In this document: positions 61,401 to 64,000 of the stretch, piece after piece
Position numbering within the stretch: the stretch's first letter is position 1
How the letters are laid out: each line of letters begins with the position of its first letter
Assembly (NCBI GenBank): GCA_046483065.1
Contig: JAWODW010000103.1
Span: forward strand, 13,964 to 77,963
Origin: Longimicrobiales bacterium
GTDB lineage: Bacteria; Gemmatimonadota; Gemmatimonadetes; Longimicrobiales; RSA9
Direction of reading: 5' to 3'
DNA length: 64,000 nucleotides
Translations under genes and position numbers: made by a program
Notes under the pieces: generated by a model
Seen by the model: only the letters and a program-made list of their open reading frames with translations
What the model was told of the DNA's origin: nothing
Databases searched by the model: none

Positions 61401-61672
61401 TCGGCGTACCCGAGCATCTCCACCCGGACGTTGTAGCGACCCGGCGGCAGCAGCATGATCATGTAGAGGCCGCGCTCGTTCGTCATGGTGTTCCGCTGCA
61501 GCCCTGTCTCCGCATTCACCGCCACCACCGACGCCGTCGAGACGGGCTGACCGTCATCGCCCATCACCTGGCCCCGGATCTGCCCCGTCGTCGAGGCCCC
61601 CTGCCCGCTCAGCGATGTGGCCCACAGCAGCGCCACCACCGCCAGGGCGAGCTTCAACCCGTATCTGTCCAT
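58409..61672 (-). CDS. TonB-dependent receptor with N-terminal carboxypeptidase-regulatory-like domain (Oar-like)
   Basis: Signal peptide, GQIRGQV..LPPGRYNVRVE, plug IDGVDANN..SIREFQV..GGVVNVITRGG, YAQDEWQV..GLRYD, and C-terminal IGVKYYF. Probable start ATG 61672 after GAGGGA. Confidence 0.9.
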   Translation of the reverse strand: MDRYGLKLALAVVALLWATSLSGQGASTTGQIRGQVMGDDGQPVSTASVVAVNAETGLQRNTMTNERGLYMIMLLPPGRYNVRVEMLGYAEQVEEDVRVSLGQAATVNFDLTTEALELEGINVQARRGEIDVTDGSVVQLVSEEEIEALPALGRDFTNFIQLSGLVAPDPANSTGGQFSIAGQRASQTNLQIDGVDANNAFFGENRGGSRIPFVFSLESIREFQVIANGFDVEFGNYTGGVVNVITRGGDNEFEGTAYANYQSDALTGQTFDGENVSEYQVSQFAARLSGPIVRDKAHFLLSVDAQREREPQLSITQQRYAPESENADPERYAAVGQFFDLLENQYGIQNPESTYGSFQTTDDVISVFGRVDWALNDDHRLSLRHNFASYSNDNEWNQIFDFEYGQSRAEEFRDISNSFVAELQSVLGPQTFNVFRVQAASELRPRNGKDLRPALEVRLPGGGFIGYGGTFAAFQNDLEEWKIQAIDNFTHVAGNHTLKVGANGIYTHIANQFILRGAGVYNFQDMDAFAAYRPSSFQRNIREGGGIPFAEFDVLEWSVYAQDEWQVTPKLTATYGLRYDLQTFLDEPQRVLTAERAFGVTTGIAPTDNDNISPRLTMAYDFSGNGTAVLRGGVGYFYGRVPYVLGGNVQSTVRPVVTVQCTGSLAEGDPNAPPSVQDYGSWGTDGNDNPDGCAGTTVASGIPEYTFWNENFEFPETFKANIGWSQEIGVRTQLSIDALFSQSSLLYTVRNLNLRDVQLTLDNEGGRQVFQPGTVFDPSAGDPTANEINSRRNLELAEVFVNYNDGRSRSLSLTTEAAHIVNEKLQVRGSYTYTTSYDNSSYSCCTASSGYTDPTVGAYGPNDIGGVGDTDKAWGPSDFTRNHTFIASVNATIPFDVKVAGFWRLQSGRPWTPEASGDLNGDGVRFNDRPYVFTPDDLPLTVTGARADTMRAVYEQMLEENACAGDYTGQIVPRNTCRYPWFNRLDVRLSRSFETLSDQRLEVQVDMFNVLNGINNEWGRFMGVFARNRNLLIPETYDEVAGQTLYTVPFRRDEDTGEAIPTFGTVEAIGDNLTLQFQARIGVKYYF

Positions 61673-61695
61673 TCTATCCCTCATTTGCCGTATCA

Positions 61696-62742
61696 TCAGT
61701 TGCACGCCACCTCGACCACGTCATCGGTCGAGCGCGGGAAGACCTGGCCGTCACCGCCGAAGCTGCCCACCACGCCCGTGATGTCGTAGCAGCTACCCAC
61801 CGGGAACAGCGTGTTCAGCTGGCCCCGATCGGCCACGCCGTCGTCGACCCGCAGAATCGTCTGGCCGCTGCCATCGTCGATGTGGGCGTTCTGCTCGTTC
61901 AGCGACCCTGAGCCGAAAGCGGCCGTCACCTCGACGCCCGTCAGCGTGACCAGCTTGCCCTGCAGCGGATCCGTCGGGTCCGGCCCGGCGGCCGCGACCT
62001 CGGCCGTGGTCGTGCTCGTCGGCACCGGTGCCAGCACGTCCTCCTCGTGGGCATTCAGCGTCACGGCGCCCGCGATCTGCAGCTGGTCGGCGAACTCGCT
62101 CACGGTGCCCGAGACCTCGATCCGGTCCCCGATCTCGATGGGCGGCGTCCGGCCTTCCAGCGCCGAGCTGTAGATCTGGATCCCGCCCGAAGAGTCCTCG
62201 ATCCACGTGAAGCTGTTGTCGACCTGGCCGGGATACGACGTCACGATCCCGCTCACCGTCACGTACTCGCCCGCCGTCGGATCGAGCTGCTCCGCCTCGG
62301 CGATGGTGATGATGCACCCGGCACGGCCCGCCACGTCGTACCTCGGCACCTCGCCCAGATAGACCGTGACAGGGACCGGGTTCTGGCAGAACGCCACCTC
62401 GGACGGGATGGTGGTGGTGTCGATCATCAGGTCGTGGGTACCCGCCGGCAGCCCCGTCACCGTAAAGAGGCCACTGCCGTCCGTGGTGGCCGACGCGCCG
62501 GAGAACGCCTGCTGCGTTCCCCGCTCGAAAATCACCACGTCCGCGCCCACGACCTCGTAGTCACCGGCCAGTGCGCTGAAGCTCCCGTCCTGGTCCGCGT
62601 CGTAGAAGAGGAACCCCTCCACACCGCCGGTCCCCTCGATCTCGAACGGCGGTGCGGGGTCCGGATCGCACGCCGTGACGGCCAGCGCGGCGAGGGCGAG
62701 AACGCCCCACCCCCCGGCCATCCGCTGTTTACGTTCTGCCAT
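61696..62742 (-). CDS. Lipoprotein with an Ig/SdrD-B-like domain and two OB-fold modules
   Basis: Lipobox VTAC, GFLFYDADQDG..ATTDGSGLFTVTGLPAG, TIAEA..VTVSGIVT..IEDSSGGIQIY..IGDRIEVSG, and GKLVTLTGV..YDITGVV..VFPRSTDDV. Confidence 0.8.
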   Translation of the reverse strand: MAERKQRMAGGWGVLALAALAVTACDPDPAPPFEIEGTGGVEGFLFYDADQDGSFSALAGDYEVVGADVVIFERGTQQAFSGASATTDGSGLFTVTGLPAGTHDLMIDTTTIPSEVAFCQNPVPVTVYLGEVPRYDVAGRAGCIITIAEAEQLDPTAGEYVTVSGIVTSYPGQVDNSFTWIEDSSGGIQIYSSALEGRTPPIEIGDRIEVSGTVSEFADQLQIAGAVTLNAHEEDVLAPVPTSTTTAEVAAAGPDPTDPLQGKLVTLTGVEVTAAFGSGSLNEQNAHIDDGSGQTILRVDDGVADRGQLNTLFPVGSCYDITGVVGSFGGDGQVFPRSTDDVVEVACN

Positions 62743-62776
62743 ATCAGTCATCCCTCACCCATCCATAGGTCCGTGT

Positions 62777-62826
62777 AAAACACGAGTGCGGCCGCACCCC
62801 GGTTCGGAGCGCGACCGCAGCCCGTG
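62777..62826 (-). terminator. Intrinsic terminator-like hairpin after the multi-OB gene
   Basis: Minus strand CACGGGCTGCGGTCGCGCTCCG-aac-CGGGGTGCGGCCGCACTCGTG followed by TTTT. Confidence 0.65.
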
Positions 62827-62850
62827 GTCCTCCAATCTTCGTCCCTCGTT

Positions 62851-64000
62851 CTACTGCGCCACCACGTCTGCCGGCTTCCGCGGCTTGATCCGCCAGTCCG
62901 GGTCGCGGTAGTTCATGACACCCGTGACCGAATAGGTGGTCCCGACCGTCCAGTCCCCGGACGCGATCCCGCTGCGGCTGTCCACGTAGACCTGCACCGT
63001 GTCACCGTCCGCGGCGGCCCCCGTCACCAGGTGGTTGTCGTAGTTGAAGGTCTCCACCGTTTCCACAGTAAAGGAGCTGAGCGTTACCAGCTCGGCGGGG
63101 TTCGACCCGGCGTTCACCTCGGTGCCCGTCAGCGTCACCGGCGACGGGACCGTCCCGGTCCCCAGCACCACGGTCAGGGTGCTGTCGGCCCTGATCTGCA
63201 GGTTTCCACTGTACGCCTCCAGCGTGCCCGAGATCGTCACGGAATCACCTTCCACCAGCGCGTCGTTCCCGGGGTAGACCGTGATGGCGGCCTCTCCGTC
63301 CTGCAGGTACGTCTCGTTCCCGAAGTTGCCGACATCGACCGTGATCACACCGCTCACCTCCGCTGACGAGCCCAGGTCGGCCGCCCGCGCCTCGGCGATG
63401 GTCTTCGCCGTGTCCGGCGGGGTGTAGCCGGACACGTCACTCTCGAATCGCGGCTTCAGCCGCTCCGTGCTGAACGAGTTGTAGACCACGCCCGTGAACG
63501 TGTAAACCTCACCCACCGTGAAGCCGGCCGTACCCAGCCCGGAGTCCGAGTCGATGCGAACCACGGCCGTGTCACCCGCCGCATCCGTCACGAACATGTC
63601 GGAACCGTCGATGCTGTCCACCGTCACCTGCGTCAGCGTCACCAGCTGGCCCTGGAAGTCGCCGCTGCTCAGCTCGGCGGAGGTCACGTCGGTGGGCTTC
63701 ACCGGCGTGGTCGCCACCCACTGCTCCGTGATGGTGGGGCTCACGATCTGCTGGGTGTCGTAGTAACTCCCGCGCTCGCCCTCGACCATCACCACGTCCC
63801 CGATGGCCAGGTCGGCGGGCGGCGTGTTGCCATAGCCCATGTACACGAAGATCCCGGCAGTGGCGTCCTGCATGTAGAAGCCGTTGCCCTCGAGCGTGCC
63901 AGCCTCCGTCACCACGGCGTACGTCGTGACCGGGGTACCGTCCGCCTCGGCCCGCACATCGGCCACCGACGTGCCCGGGCTCGGATCTTCGACGATGTCC
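62851..64000 (-). CDS. Acidic protein with tandem OB-fold modules, truncated at the window edge
   Basis: The frame is open to the edge. It holds two copies of an OB pair: FYMQDATAGIFVY..IGDVVMVEG / GQLVTL..TGVV..LKPRFESDV and YLQDGEAAITVY..GDSVTISG / ELVTL..TGVM..IKPRKPADV. Confidence 0.8.
   Translation of the reverse strand, partial: DIVEDPSPGTSVADVRAEADGTPVTTYAVVTEAGTLEGNGFYMQDATAGIFVYMGYGNTPPADLAIGDVVMVEGERGSYYDTQQIVSPTITEQWVATTPVKPTDVTSAELSSGDFQGQLVTLTQVTVDSIDGSDMFVTDAAGDTAVVRIDSDSGLGTAGFTVGEVYTFTGVVYNSFSTERLKPRFESDVSGYTPPDTAKTIAEARAADLGSSAEVSGVITVDVGNFGNETYLQDGEAAITVYPGNDALVEGDSVTISGTLEAYSGNLQIRADSTLTVVLGTGTVPSPVTLTGTEVNAGSNPAELVTLSSFTVETVETFNYDNHLVTGAAADGDTVQVYVDSRSGIASGDWTVGTTYSVTGVMNYRDPDWRIKPRKPADVVAQ

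Overview
This is a GC-rich, gene-dense chromosomal window with no rRNA, tRNA, CRISPR array, transposase or prophage that I could see. Gene content and order suggest a Gemmatimonadota (Longimicrobiales-like) bacterium, which is an inference. From left to right it holds: a PAS-kinase/Rcp1-like/hybrid-kinase phosphorelay; a long minus-strand branched-chain acyl-CoA cluster (meaB, a split B12 mutase with isobutyryl-CoA-mutase residues, carboxyltransferase, split AtuA, enoyl-CoA hydratase, nhaA) interrupted by an AbrB/Doc toxin-antitoxin pair; ptsIIA-vanZ-aspS-phoH-7TM-HD-ybeY-DUF502-mgtE-ubiB-like; rlmN; panBCD, yqeK, LytR_C and GerMN genes; rqcH; a rearranged trp cluster; truA-tal-htrA-purBCSQLF-ppdK-add; and a minus-strand TonB-dependent receptor preceded by two OB-fold surface proteins. 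The most interesting observations are: (1) a candidate extracellular nucleic-acid capture/uptake locus (OB-fold proteins plus TonB-dependent receptor) next to adenosine deaminase; (2) a HEAT-repeat + HD-GYP pair inside the trp operon that share an unnamed N-terminal domain; (3) lexA lying antisense between trpD and trpC, with a candidate new direct-repeat SOS box (STTCGG-N5-STTCGG) and an unannotated 52-aa coupled ORF; (4) two copies of a bipartite GCAACAGG/CCTGTTGC mini-hairpin repeat array that flank the trp/lexA block; (5) an alternative-pairing RNA structure over the start of the AtuA C-terminal gene; (6) several leaderless promoters. All family assignments come from motif recognition by eye; no searches were run.
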